Source: an uncultured bacterium (GTDB lineage: Bacteria; Patescibacteriota; Minisyncoccia; Phycocordibacterales; UBA9973). From it: DNA of 64,000 nucleotides. The position numbers were made by a program, and so were the translations under genes. Below, piece after piece: positions 47,041-56,706 of the stretch. The stretch lies in the NCBI GenBank assembly GCA_937903035.1, contig CALCZP010000008.1, positions 21,551-85,550 on the forward strand, read 5' to 3'. The notes under the pieces were generated by a model. The model searched no databases. It was not told the origin of the DNA and was given only the letters and a program-made list of their open reading frames with translations. Numbering within the stretch: position 1 is the first letter of the stretch; every line of letters starts with the position of its first letter.

Positions 47041-47091
47041 TTTAATTGTTACCAGAAACTCTTTCTTTTAGAATCTTTGGTAACAATTAAA
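47041..47091. repeat. 14-nt perfect inverted repeat TTTAATTGTTACCA / TGGTAACAATTAAA (23-nt spacer) in the 5' leader of the alpha-CTD-like gene
   Basis: Read directly; 3' arm ends 10 nt before the start codon on the minus strand. Confidence 0.7.
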
Positions 47092-47113
47092 ACTTTTAAA
47101 GAACTTATGTGAA

Positions 47114-47163
47114 TTATAATAGCATAGTATGCTTGACTTGTCAATCATACTATGCTATTATAA
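47114..47163. promoter_or_regulatory. 50-nt palindrome (18-nt perfect arms TTATAATAGCATAGTATG / CATACTATGCTATTATAA) encoding back-to-back divergent sigma-70-like promoters with overlapping -35 boxes
   Basis: Plus: TTGACT(47133-47138)-17-TATTAT(47156-47161); minus: TTGACA(47144-47139)-17-TATTAT(47121-47116). Confidence 0.45.
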
Positions 47164-47266
47164 AAGCAAGATTCGCTCTTTGAAAGATATTGTTGATTCG
47201 TCTGAGCTTCCCTGCCATAAAGAGGAGTTGAGAGGAATCAATACTATCAAATCAAAAATTATAAAG

Positions 47267-47488
47267 ATGTATCACCTAAATTTTATTCAGACAGTTCTAT
47301 CATTTGTACTAACTGTATGGATAGTATTTCTTGGATTCTCTTTCCTTATCGGAAAGAATAAAGAGTACGTAAAATGGACAAAGGACAGTCTCAAAGCGAT
47401 TTGGAAACATTGTTGGCAGCTTATTATAGGAATTATCATAGGATACTTCCTTGCTACAGAACAGGCTTTTGATCTAACAGTCCTCTAA
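47267..47488 (+). CDS. Small membrane protein (73 aa; ORF track starts at 47129 inside the palindromic promoter, so a downstream Met is preferred)
   Basis: MYHLNFIQTVLSFVLTVWIVFLGF... two TM helices. Confidence 0.35.
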   Translation: MYHLNFIQTVLSFVLTVWIVFLGFSFLIGKNKEYVKWTKDSLKAIWKHCWQLIIGIIIGYFLATEQAFDLTVL

Positions 47489-47519
47489 CACTATCCAATA
47501 GAATAGTGTTTTTTATTTT
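47487..47519 (+). terminator. Terminator after small membrane gene
   Basis: AACACTATccaatagaATAGTGTT + TTTTATTTT. Confidence 0.6.
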
Positions 47520-47520
47520 G

Positions 47521-47592
47521 TGCCCCCAGCACGAATCGAACGCACATCAATCCCTTAGGACGGGATTGTTCTATCCATTAAACTATGGGAGC
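47521..47592 (-). tRNA. tRNA-Arg (anticodon CCT)
   Basis: Reverse complement GCTCCCATAGTTTAATGGATAGAACAATCCCGTCCTAAGGGATTGATGTGCGTTCGATTCGTGCTGGGGGCA; loop GTCCTAA. Confidence 0.8.
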
Positions 47593-47600
47593 GAGGCAGC

Positions 47601-47834
47601 TTATGCTGCGAGCATCTGGGCGATGGCGGATTCTTGGAAGCCAACCGTAACATGGTCTCCTATCCTGATAACCGGCACACCCATTTGACCAGTAAGCTCG
47701 ATCATTTCCTTGCGCTTATCAACATCAGTACCAACATTGTGCTCAGTATACGCAACGCCATGCGCCTTGAAATACTCCTTTGCGAGGTTGCAATAATGAC
47801 AACTAGCAGTGCTGTAAATAATGACGTCTTTCAT
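47601..47834 (-). CDS. Glutaredoxin-like protein (NrdH/Grx fold, CxxC)
   Basis: MKDVIIYSTASCHYCNLAKEYF...GVPVIRIGDHVTVGF. Confidence 0.7.
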   Translation of the reverse strand: MKDVIIYSTASCHYCNLAKEYFKAHGVAYTEHNVGTDVDKRKEMIELTGQMGVPVIRIGDHVTVGFQESAIAQMLAA

Positions 47835-47851
47835 ATGAAATGAGTATAGCA

Positions 47852-48247
47852 CTACTCACTGCGGAAGCCCAAACCTCGTAAGATTGAATCCCAAAAACGT
47901 GCAACGGCAGACTTTGGGGTAGGTGGTGCCGGAAGTTTTGGTGTTGTAGTAATCACTATCATTCCCTCTCCTGGTTTCACGACATTGTATTTGGTACGAA
48001 AGACCTCTTCTTTTCCCTCTGCAGTTTTTAGATATTCGTTGGTTGCGATCAATGACTCATGCTTACTTTTAAGCTCACCCTGCTTGTTCTCCAAATTCTC
48101 AATCTCACGACGAAGTGCAGTATGCTTTTCAGCCAGCCCAATCACTGATGTCAGTAATAAAAAAAAGACTACTAATGCCACAACAAAGCCCAAAATAAGT
48201 TTGGGTGACAGTCGAGCTTTGGATGTTGGATGGAATTGCGTTTTCAT
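47852..48247 (-). CDS. Septum-formation initiator FtsB/DivIC-like (1 TM + coiled coil)
   Basis: TM, coiled coil REIENLENKQGELKSKHESL, EEVFRTKYNVVKPGEGMIVI resembles the FtsB/DivIC C-terminal motif. Confidence 0.6.
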   Translation of the reverse strand: MKTQFHPTSKARLSPKLILGFVVALVVFFLLLTSVIGLAEKHTALRREIENLENKQGELKSKHESLIATNEYLKTAEGKEEVFRTKYNVVKPGEGMIVITTTPKLPAPPTPKSAVARFWDSILRGLGFRSE

Positions 48248-48380
48248 ATGGTCGTGATAGCATAGTACCTATGTATATAAATCATAACAGAAAACGAGTG
48301 AATGCTGTATGGAAGGTATTCTGCGTACTTGCGATCATCAGTATGTTGATGTTCTCATTTGCATCATTCTTCCAATAGGA

Positions 48381-50171
48381 TTATTGCTTCATTACATTGA
48401 TAAAGACCGTATGCGGGATGTTCACGGAAGCGTGCTCCCGCATTTTCTTTTTCCCCTTCTTTTGCTTATCAAGGAGCTTGTTCTTGCGAGACACATCACC
48501 ACCGTAGAGATGCCCAATCACGTCCTTACGAAATGCCTTGAGTGTGCGTGACGCAATAATACGGCCAAAGGCTTTTGCCTGGATTTTCATTTCTACTTGC
48601 TGACGCGGTAGTAACTTCTCAAGTTTTTCAACAAATTCAATACCATCTTCTTCTGCACGACGACGTGACACGATACGGGTAAATGCTGGCACAAGCTCGT
48701 CTCCAACAACGATATCCATACGTGTGACATCAGCACTACGCATTTCGGTAATTTCATATGAAACTGAACCATAACCTGACGTAATACTTTTAAGCTCATC
48801 AAAAAAGTTGCGCATGAGCTCACGCAGCGGCATCAAACAATGAATCGTAGAACGATCATTAGCGAAATTTGCAACATCCAATACTTCAGCTTCATGCATA
48901 TAGAGAAACGGCATGAGTGTTCCCACCTGCTCAAGTGGACAAATAATATCAGCAGTCACCCATGGCTCCTCAATAGTAATCACTGTACCATCATCAGGGA
49001 ACAGGTGTGGTGAATACACAGTGATTTCTTTGTTGCCACGCACGGTCACCTGATACGTGATCGACGGCATTGTCACAATGAGCTCGAGATTAAACTCTCG
49101 ACGCAAGCGCTCTGAAATAATCTCAAGATGCAGCATGCCGAGAAAGCCACAGCGATAGCCACGCCCCAGTGCACCAGAAACTTCTTCTTCGTATGAAAAC
49201 GATGAGTCAGAGAGACGGAGCTTACCAAGTGCTAGCTTGAGATCATCAAAGTCATCCTGACTCTCCGGATAGATCGATGCCCATACCACCGGACGAGGCT
49301 GCTCATAACCACCAAGTGCAGGGAGTGGATTTTTGAAGCTCGTGATCGTATCACCCACCGCTGCAATACCTGGCTGCTTGATACCGGTGACGATATAGCC
49401 GATCGTACCTGCTACCAACTCATCAGTTGCTGTTTCGTTTGGCATGAATACACCGACTTCAAGGACGGAGAATTTTTGTTTACTTGCAGCAAACATGAGC
49501 TCATCCCCTTTCTTCACTTTACCTTGATAGAGACGTGTAAAAATGATGACCCCCTTATGATTGGAATAACTAAAGTCAAAGATGAGGCCTTGAGGACTAC
49601 TACCCATTGTTTCAATTTTTGGTGGTGGAATCCGAGAAACAATAGTATCAAGGAGCTCCTTTACCCCATCACCGGTCCGACCAGATACTGCAATAATACT
49701 CATGGGATCACAGTCCAGGAGCTCTGCAAGCTCAACCGTGACATCTTCGGCGCGAGAAAGTGGTGAGTCCACTTTAGTGATGACTGGAATAATCACAAGT
49801 CCACTCTCACGCGCAAGTGCAAGCGTGGTGAGTGTTTGTGCCTGTACACCTTGCGTTGAGTCTACGAGCAAGAGCGATCCCTCGACGGCCTTAAGTGCGC
49901 GTGAGACTTCGTATGAAAAGTCGATGTGACCTGGTGTATCAATAAGATTGAGCATATACTCCTCCCCCTCGACCTTGTGCCGCATTCTGACTGGCTGCAT
50001 TTTGATCGTAATACCACGCTCACGCTCAAGCTCCATTGAGTCGAGTACTTGATCACGCATTTTGCGCGCCTCAATGGTACCAGTGACCTCAAGCATGCGA
50101 TCTGCAAGCGTCGATTTGCCGTGGTCGATATGGGCAATAATACTGAAATTGCGGATGTTTTTGGAATCCAT
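48381..50171 (-). CDS. lepA: Elongation factor 4 (LepA); start at MDSKNIRNF
   Basis: NFSIIAHIDHGKSTLADRMLE (G1), DTPGHIDF, TKVDSP; LepA-specific C-terminal domain. Confidence 0.9.
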   Translation of the reverse strand: MDSKNIRNFSIIAHIDHGKSTLADRMLEVTGTIEARKMRDQVLDSMELERERGITIKMQPVRMRHKVEGEEYMLNLIDTPGHIDFSYEVSRALKAVEGSLLLVDSTQGVQAQTLTTLALARESGLVIIPVITKVDSPLSRAEDVTVELAELLDCDPMSIIAVSGRTGDGVKELLDTIVSRIPPPKIETMGSSPQGLIFDFSYSNHKGVIIFTRLYQGKVKKGDELMFAASKQKFSVLEVGVFMPNETATDELVAGTIGYIVTGIKQPGIAAVGDTITSFKNPLPALGGYEQPRPVVWASIYPESQDDFDDLKLALGKLRLSDSSFSYEEEVSGALGRGYRCGFLGMLHLEIISERLRREFNLELIVTMPSITYQVTVRGNKEITVYSPHLFPDDGTVITIEEPWVTADIICPLEQVGTLMPFLYMHEAEVLDVANFANDRSTIHCLMPLRELMRNFFDELKSITSGYGSVSYEITEMRSADVTRMDIVVGDELVPAFTRIVSRRRAEEDGIEFVEKLEKLLPRQQVEMKIQAKAFGRIIASRTLKAFRKDVIGHLYGGDVSRKNKLLDKQKKGKKKMREHASVNIPHTVFINVMKQ

Positions 50172-50214
50172 AGGTGGCGAAACTATACCATAGAAGACTA
50201 TATCCGAGAATACC

Positions 50215-51918
50215 CTACAAATCAGGCTGTTCAACAGTCATTGGCTTCTGTTTCCAGAACTTAGAGTGAAGTGTATCAATATAGATCGCTATATCCTCGT
50301 TTTTGAGGGCTACAAGAACGATAGCGTAGAGTACCATGCCAATCACACCTGCTATTACCCCCTGTGCCAAAATACCCCAAAATGACGTCTGATCGACAGT
50401 ACTACCAATCAATGCAAGGGTTCCATATGCCCCAGCTGCAGCGATGATGCCTGCGCTTCCGGTATGGAAGAGAACCTTATTGAGGACTTGATGCATGCTT
50501 CGTTCGCTTGCAACGGTGCGATGAAATGCACGCCAAAGCATAACTGCAGTGACAATCTGACCCATTGAAAATGCGAGTGGGAGCATGACGACACTTCCTC
50601 CGCTCACTCCATCAATACGAAGTAAACTTCTGATAAAGTCTTGGAAGAATGAGGAGAAATGATACCCAGCGAGCAATACAACAGCGGATACAGCTGTTGT
50701 CAGGACACCGTACACATTTATTCGAAGTGGTGTCTTGGTATCACCTTTTGCATAAAATGCTCGCACCATGAGCAATACGAGACATTGTGCGGTGACTGAA
50801 ATACAAAAAAGTGCAAGTGATGCAGCCACAAGTTTTGTGTCATTCCATGAAAAATTTCCTGCCCCCAGTAATACACGCACAATATGTGCACGAAGCACGA
50901 TGATCAAGAGCGCTGCGGGGATCGAAAGGAAAAAGATATTGCGCACAGCGCGATGCACCATGTCGAGAAATCCTTTTGTATCACCTTCGGCATGAAGCCT
51001 CGCAAGAACCGGAAATGCAGCAACTGCATATGAGATACCAATAATCATCAGTGGTGTGGTCTCAATATTGTACGAGAACTGAAAGACAGATATTGAACCC
51101 GCTGCAAGGAGTGATGCGATTGCACTGATGATAATGAACGTAAAGTTAGTGAGCGATGATGCAATCGTACGCGGGATTGAAGTCTTCATGACACGCTTGA
51201 TAATCGACATATCGATACGAAAACTAAACTTCGGAATACGTCCGAGCGCAACTAATGTCGGCACCTGGATCAAAAAGTACAATAGTGCTCCAAGTACCAC
51301 ACCAAGTACCACACCAGTCATGCCAACCATTGGGCGAAGTGTGATGATACCAATGAGTATCCCAAAGTTATAGAACACTGGGGCAATCGCAAATGCAAAG
51401 AATTTCTTTTGCGCCTGCGCAAACGATCCGAGCAAACTTGAGAGTCCCATCACGAATGGCGAGATGAGCATGATACGCGAGAACATGACAAGCTCACTAT
51501 GTGCAGCAGGACCAAATCCTGGTGCAGTAAGGCGTGTGAGATATGGCATCAGCACAAACAGTACGGTACAGACACCAACCATACCCATGATGTAGAAGGA
51601 ATAGATATTGTTGGCAAAATGTGCGAATGCTCCGCGAGATTCCTCATCACCACCTTCCTCCTTGAGGTATTCTGCAATGAACGGGATAAGTACAGTAACT
51701 GAAAATAAAATACCAAATGAGTTATAGATGAAGTCAGGAATACGAAATGCCGCATAGTACACATCTAGATGTACTGATGGTCCGACAATCGACGCAAGTA
51801 AATGATCTCGTACCAAACCAAATAACTGAGAGACGATAGAGAATATACCAAGCATGAGTGCCGCCTGGTTCATTCCCGAGACGTCACGGTTCAGAAGTTT
51901 GATGAGTTTCGAGACCAT
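50215..51918 (-). CDS. murJ: Lipid II flippase MurJ (MviN)
   Basis: 14-TM MOP-superfamily protein; N-terminus LGIFSIVSQLFGLVRDHLLASIVGP typical of MurJ. Confidence 0.85.
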   Translation of the reverse strand: MVSKLIKLLNRDVSGMNQAALMLGIFSIVSQLFGLVRDHLLASIVGPSVHLDVYYAAFRIPDFIYNSFGILFSVTVLIPFIAEYLKEEGGDEESRGAFAHFANNIYSFYIMGMVGVCTVLFVLMPYLTRLTAPGFGPAAHSELVMFSRIMLISPFVMGLSSLLGSFAQAQKKFFAFAIAPVFYNFGILIGIITLRPMVGMTGVVLGVVLGALLYFLIQVPTLVALGRIPKFSFRIDMSIIKRVMKTSIPRTIASSLTNFTFIIISAIASLLAAGSISVFQFSYNIETTPLMIIGISYAVAAFPVLARLHAEGDTKGFLDMVHRAVRNIFFLSIPAALLIIVLRAHIVRVLLGAGNFSWNDTKLVAASLALFCISVTAQCLVLLMVRAFYAKGDTKTPLRINVYGVLTTAVSAVVLLAGYHFSSFFQDFIRSLLRIDGVSGGSVVMLPLAFSMGQIVTAVMLWRAFHRTVASERSMHQVLNKVLFHTGSAGIIAAAGAYGTLALIGSTVDQTSFWGILAQGVIAGVIGMVLYAIVLVALKNEDIAIYIDTLHSKFWKQKPMTVEQPDL

Positions 51919-51927
51919 TGAGAAGTG

Positions 51928-54264
51928 TTAGTTCTTCTTTGCAGCTGTTGTAGGAGTTGTAGTAGTGACTGGAGTAGTGTTTTGCTTCTGGATTCGTTCG
52001 ATCTGCTCGTCAACACCAGCTACTGTTGGGAACATTGTTTTGAATGCCTTGAGTTCAGCTACGGCATCTGACTTGTTGCCAGAAACTTCGAGTGCACTGA
52101 TGTACTGAAGGTAATTAGTTGGATTGTTCGGGGTGAGCTTGCGAGCAGAGTTGAATGCATCGAGTGCAGCCGTGTAATTCTTGAGTTCAAGATGTGCACG
52201 ACCGAGCAGTACGTACCCCTGGTCATCAAATGGTGCAGTCGCAATGTACTTGCCAATCTCATCCACTGCAGCATTAGTCTCACCTGTTGCAATACGAATA
52301 CGCGCACGGAGAATATATGCATCGAGATAGTCAGCTTTGAGTGCAAGTGCTTGTGTTATAGATGCTAATGCTCCTTGAGTATCTTGTTTTGCGAGTGCAA
52401 GCTGTGCTTGGTTCAACAAGAAGATCGGGTTGTTTGGATTGCGAGACTGTGACTCATCAGCAGCTTTTTTACCATTGTCATATGCTTCTGCATTGTTTGC
52501 ACCAGCAACAAGTTGATACACCTGACTGAGTGCGAGCCAGTTGTTTGCACTACCTGGATCCCATGCAACTGCAGCACGAGCGCTCTGTTCAGCTTGTGAG
52601 AAATATCCTTGGAGCTGGGCCTTGTCTGGATTTTCAGTGCCTGCAACCTGACTAAACTGTGACGTATAGAGCGCAGTACGTGTACGCCAGAAGACATCGT
52701 TTTCAGAAAGTGAGAGTGCATTGTCCATACGACGAGCTGCTGTCGTGAAATCAGCCGCAGCAAGTGCACGGTTGTAGATAAGAATACTTGCAAATCTGTT
52801 ACCACTAAAGAATACCGCTGAGAATCCTGCCATCGCCGCAACTACAAGAATAAGAATTGCAAAGAAGCTCGTGCGAGGATCGCGGAGATAATTGAGCGAG
52901 ATCACTTGTGAGTTGCCTACCATATCTGAAAGACCTACAAGAAGACCAACTGCGAGAAAGCCTATAGCAATAAGAACAAGTCCTGGGGACGCAAACATAA
53001 AGAGTGTGACAAATGCAAGGAACATGATCAGTGCAGTGATGGCAATAAAGCGACTTGCAGGACTACGGAAACTACTGTTCAAGAGTCGGAAACCATAGAT
53101 GAATGAGAGTACAAGAATAGCAATGAGTGCGAGTGTCACGAGAATACCATTAGTGGTAAGTACTGAGAGTGCCATATTGAATCCTGACTCAAACGGTGTG
53201 TTCCAGAAAATAGTCTTGTTGATTTCAACCGGATGATACAAGTTCCATACATCAGCATAGCGACCTGCGCCAGCACCAAAGATTGGATCACGAGCAAGTG
53301 CTGAACGAGCAACATGCACGGTTGTACCAACAGAAGGACGAACATCACTAAAGCTAATACCAGCACTCTGTGCAAGTCCTGCACCAATAGAACTTGCTGA
53401 AAGGAAGAAGAAAAATCCAATCAAAAGCGATGCAAATGACATCAAAGGGAAACGCTGACGATCAGGAACTGCATTTGGCACCACATCTGTCTGGTCTTTG
53501 TTTGAGAATTTAAGGATAAGGTTCTCGATTGATGATTTGTACACAAAAATAATCAATGAGGAAACGATTGCGACAATCCATGCAGCCTTGAAGTTCAAGA
53601 AGACCAATGCGATGATCGAAATAATCATGCCTACGAGTGAAGCAATTTTGAAAAATTTCTCTTTTGGCATCAATACTTCATAGACCAAGAGAGAGAGGAA
53701 GAAAACAAAGCTTACAAAATAAGCAAAATCTACCCATGAGCCGACGAGTGTACCTTGGTTTGCAACGCTTGAGAAATATTTTGCTACAAAGCCAACATTC
53801 TGTGAGACATAAAGCACAATCTGGAGAAATACCGTAAAGATCGTACCGATAAACATCACAAAGAAAAGGCGGAAGAGTTTTGCACCTTCGCGAGCAAAGG
53901 TTGCGACGAGGAACGTAAAGAGTGATAGCACAAGAACAGTTGCAAATGAATCCATCGCAAAGCCACGACCCCAAAGTGACACGCTTACATTTGCAGATGT
54001 GAGTGCTGACACCAGCGAAAGCAAGAGCCATGCCCCAAGCGCTATCATGATTGGATTGCGTGAGACACGGAATGTACCTTCAACAAACTGCGCAACGAGC
54101 CACAGTGAGAAAGCAAGGAATACGCCCACATAGAGTAGAACCCCTTTTGCAGCGCCGAGTCCACCAATGGTTGCCGGAAGGAACATAAACGGCAAAAGCC
54201 CTACAAGTACTGCGATAATAGTAAAGGAGATCGTGTTAAATTTCTCAATAATTTTTTGGTGCAT
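51928..54264 (-). CDS. Polytopic membrane protein with O-antigen-ligase/Wzy-like core and C-terminal TPR repeats (778 aa)
   Basis: At least 12 TM helices N-terminal; C-terminal about 250 aa of TPR-like repeats (AxxxYxxAxxLxP patterns). Confidence 0.55.
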   Translation of the reverse strand: MHQKIIEKFNTISFTIIAVLVGLLPFMFLPATIGGLGAAKGVLLYVGVFLAFSLWLVAQFVEGTFRVSRNPIMIALGAWLLLSLVSALTSANVSVSLWGRGFAMDSFATVLVLSLFTFLVATFAREGAKLFRLFFVMFIGTIFTVFLQIVLYVSQNVGFVAKYFSSVANQGTLVGSWVDFAYFVSFVFFLSLLVYEVLMPKEKFFKIASLVGMIISIIALVFLNFKAAWIVAIVSSLIIFVYKSSIENLILKFSNKDQTDVVPNAVPDRQRFPLMSFASLLIGFFFFLSASSIGAGLAQSAGISFSDVRPSVGTTVHVARSALARDPIFGAGAGRYADVWNLYHPVEINKTIFWNTPFESGFNMALSVLTTNGILVTLALIAILVLSFIYGFRLLNSSFRSPASRFIAITALIMFLAFVTLFMFASPGLVLIAIGFLAVGLLVGLSDMVGNSQVISLNYLRDPRTSFFAILILVVAAMAGFSAVFFSGNRFASILIYNRALAAADFTTAARRMDNALSLSENDVFWRTRTALYTSQFSQVAGTENPDKAQLQGYFSQAEQSARAAVAWDPGSANNWLALSQVYQLVAGANNAEAYDNGKKAADESQSRNPNNPIFLLNQAQLALAKQDTQGALASITQALALKADYLDAYILRARIRIATGETNAAVDEIGKYIATAPFDDQGYVLLGRAHLELKNYTAALDAFNSARKLTPNNPTNYLQYISALEVSGNKSDAVAELKAFKTMFPTVAGVDEQIERIQKQNTTPVTTTTPTTAAKKN

Positions 54265-54312
54265 GAATATCTGAAAAGCTAGTAATGCATTCCTCGTATG
54301 GAAGCTTCGTTA

Positions 54313-56628
54313 TTATACAACAATGCTGACGATCTTGCCCGGTACTACAATGACCTTGGCTGGGGATTTCCCTTCCAAAAGCTCCTGGATACGTGGAAGA
54401 GTAAGTGCAGCCGCCTCAATCTCCTCTTTAGAAGCATCTGGTGCAATGGTTATTTCCCCACGGAGTTTGCCATTGATCTGGACCCCAATGGTCACAGATT
54501 CATCAATTGCGAGGGTTTCATCATATTTTGGCCATGAAGAAAGGTGGATACTTGCTTTTTCGCCAAGCGACATCCAGAGCTCTTCGGCAACGTGCGGTGC
54601 AAATGGAGCCATAATCTGCAAAAGCTTTTTGTAGTCCTCGATATTGATCTGCTTTTCCTTTTCGATCTCATTGACTGCAATCATAAGTGTCGAAACAGCT
54701 GTATTGAATTTGAATGATTCAATATCCTGACTAACCTTCTGTATTGTCTTGTGCACTGTTGCAAGTAATGATGCAGATGTTGTGTCATTGGTCACCAAAG
54801 ACTTTGCTCGCCAGAATTTCTCAACAAAGCGGTAGGTACCCACAAGACCATTCGTACTCCATGGCACGGTGCCTTCAAATGGACCAATAAACATTTCATA
54901 AAGGCGAAATGCATCTGCACCGAATTGCTTGACCACATCGTCAGGATTAACCACGTTTTTCCACCGCTTGGACATCTTACGACCATCTTCGGCGAGGATA
55001 AATCCGAGGAATTCAAGTCGTGGAAACGGCTCTTCCGTCGTAACTACACCAATATCAAAGAGGAATTTGTGCCAAAAGCGCGCATAGATAAGGTGTCGAG
55101 TCGCATGATCTCCACCTACATAGACATCAACCGGCATCCAGTCTTTTTCTTTTGTAGGATCAATCAATGCTTCGGCGTTAGTCGGATCAATGTATCGCAA
55201 ATAGTACCAAGACGATCCAGCCCATTGTGGCATGGTGTTTGTTTCGCGCTTCGCAGGTTTGCCACAGGTTGGACATGGAACATTCACCCATGAAGCTATA
55301 TCAGCGAGAGGGCTTTCCCCTGTACCTGAAGGCTCATAGTGCTCAACTTCTGGAAGTACGACCGGCAGATCCTTTTCGGGTACAGCAACAATGCCACAAT
55401 CTGCACAATGAATGAGCGGAATCGGCTCACCCCAATATCGCTGACGAGAAAACACCCAGTCTTTGATTTTGTAGGTACTTTTTATTTTTCCTCCAACTTT
55501 TGTAGTGACTTCAGCTGCATCAACCAGCTCTTTATCTACAATTGGAAGGTTGTATGTTTCAGCAAACGCACGATCTCGCTCATCATGTTGTGGAACACCC
55601 ATTACAGCTCCCGTGCCGTAATTTGCGAGCACATAGTCAGCAACCCATACTGGAATTTCTTCCCCATTTGCAGGATTGATAGCAGTGATACCTTTGAGTT
55701 CAACACCAGTCTTTTCTTTCTTGGCATTCGTGCGATCAATGTCAGTCTTTTCTTGAACACTTGCAACATACTTTGCAACTTCGTCCTTGTTTTCAAAAGG
55801 AAGGGTTGAAACCAACGGATGTTCCGGAGCAAGGACAACATAGGTCACACCAAATAGTGTATCGGCACGTGTCGTAAATACGGTGATTTTTTCAGCACTG
55901 TCTTTGATGGCAAACTGAAGTTCTGATCCCTCTGACCGTCCGATCCAGTGTCGCTGCGCTTCTTTGACACCATCGGGCCATTTTGGAAGTTTATCCAAGT
56001 CAGCAAGGAGTCGGTCTGCATAGTCGGTGATTTTGAGTACCCACTGACGCATCGGCTTCTTTTCAACCTTAGTACCACAACGCTCACACGTACCATCAGC
56101 TTCTACATCTTCGTTTGCAAGACCTGTCTGACATGATGGACACCAATTGATCGGCTCGAATGACTCAAATGCAAGACCTTTCTTGTACATCTGAAGGAAT
56201 ATCCATTGTGTCCACTTATAAAACGCAGGATCGGTAGTGTTTATCTCACGTGACCAGTCATAGTCGAGCCCAATCAATGAAAGCTGCTGTTTGAAGCGTG
56301 CGACATTTTGATCAACTGCAACACTTGGATGCACTTTGTTTTTGATCGCAAAGTTTTCTGCAGGAAGTCCGAATGCATCCCACCCCATTGGATGAAGCAC
56401 ATTGTATCCTTCCATTCTTTTCTTGCGACTGTAGACATCAGTTGCGATATATCCACGAGGATGCCCTACATGTAGTCCTTCACCTGACGGATATGGAAAC
56501 ATATCAAGGATGTATTGCTTGGGCTTATCAGAAGATTCTGCTGTTTTGTAGATCCCATCCTTATCCCATTTGTCTTGCCATTTCTTCTCAATAGAGGCGT
56601 GATCGTAGGCTCGTGAGTCGTCTGTCAT
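54313..56628 (-). CDS. leuS: Leucine--tRNA ligase
   Basis: YILDMFPYPSGEGLHVGHPRGY (HIGH region), KMSKRWKN (KMSKS), CP1 editing and Zn-finger region. Confidence 0.9.
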   Translation of the reverse strand: MTDDSRAYDHASIEKKWQDKWDKDGIYKTAESSDKPKQYILDMFPYPSGEGLHVGHPRGYIATDVYSRKKRMEGYNVLHPMGWDAFGLPAENFAIKNKVHPSVAVDQNVARFKQQLSLIGLDYDWSREINTTDPAFYKWTQWIFLQMYKKGLAFESFEPINWCPSCQTGLANEDVEADGTCERCGTKVEKKPMRQWVLKITDYADRLLADLDKLPKWPDGVKEAQRHWIGRSEGSELQFAIKDSAEKITVFTTRADTLFGVTYVVLAPEHPLVSTLPFENKDEVAKYVASVQEKTDIDRTNAKKEKTGVELKGITAINPANGEEIPVWVADYVLANYGTGAVMGVPQHDERDRAFAETYNLPIVDKELVDAAEVTTKVGGKIKSTYKIKDWVFSRQRYWGEPIPLIHCADCGIVAVPEKDLPVVLPEVEHYEPSGTGESPLADIASWVNVPCPTCGKPAKRETNTMPQWAGSSWYYLRYIDPTNAEALIDPTKEKDWMPVDVYVGGDHATRHLIYARFWHKFLFDIGVVTTEEPFPRLEFLGFILAEDGRKMSKRWKNVVNPDDVVKQFGADAFRLYEMFIGPFEGTVPWSTNGLVGTYRFVEKFWRAKSLVTNDTTSASLLATVHKTIQKVSQDIESFKFNTAVSTLMIAVNEIEKEKQINIEDYKKLLQIMAPFAPHVAEELWMSLGEKASIHLSSWPKYDETLAIDESVTIGVQINGKLRGEITIAPDASKEEIEAAALTLPRIQELLEGKSPAKVIVVPGKIVSIVV

Positions 56629-56667
56629 AGAAGTTCATTTTTCCATAGATAGCCTCATATAGCAAAT

Positions 56668-56696
56668 AAGAAAAGCCTTCTCATTGAAGGCTTTTC
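56668..56696 (-). terminator. Hairpin terminator downstream of the 56707-57717 gene
   Basis: AAAAGCCTTCtcattGAAGGCTTTTCT. Confidence 0.5.
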
Positions 56697-56706
56697 TAGA
56701 TATTGC

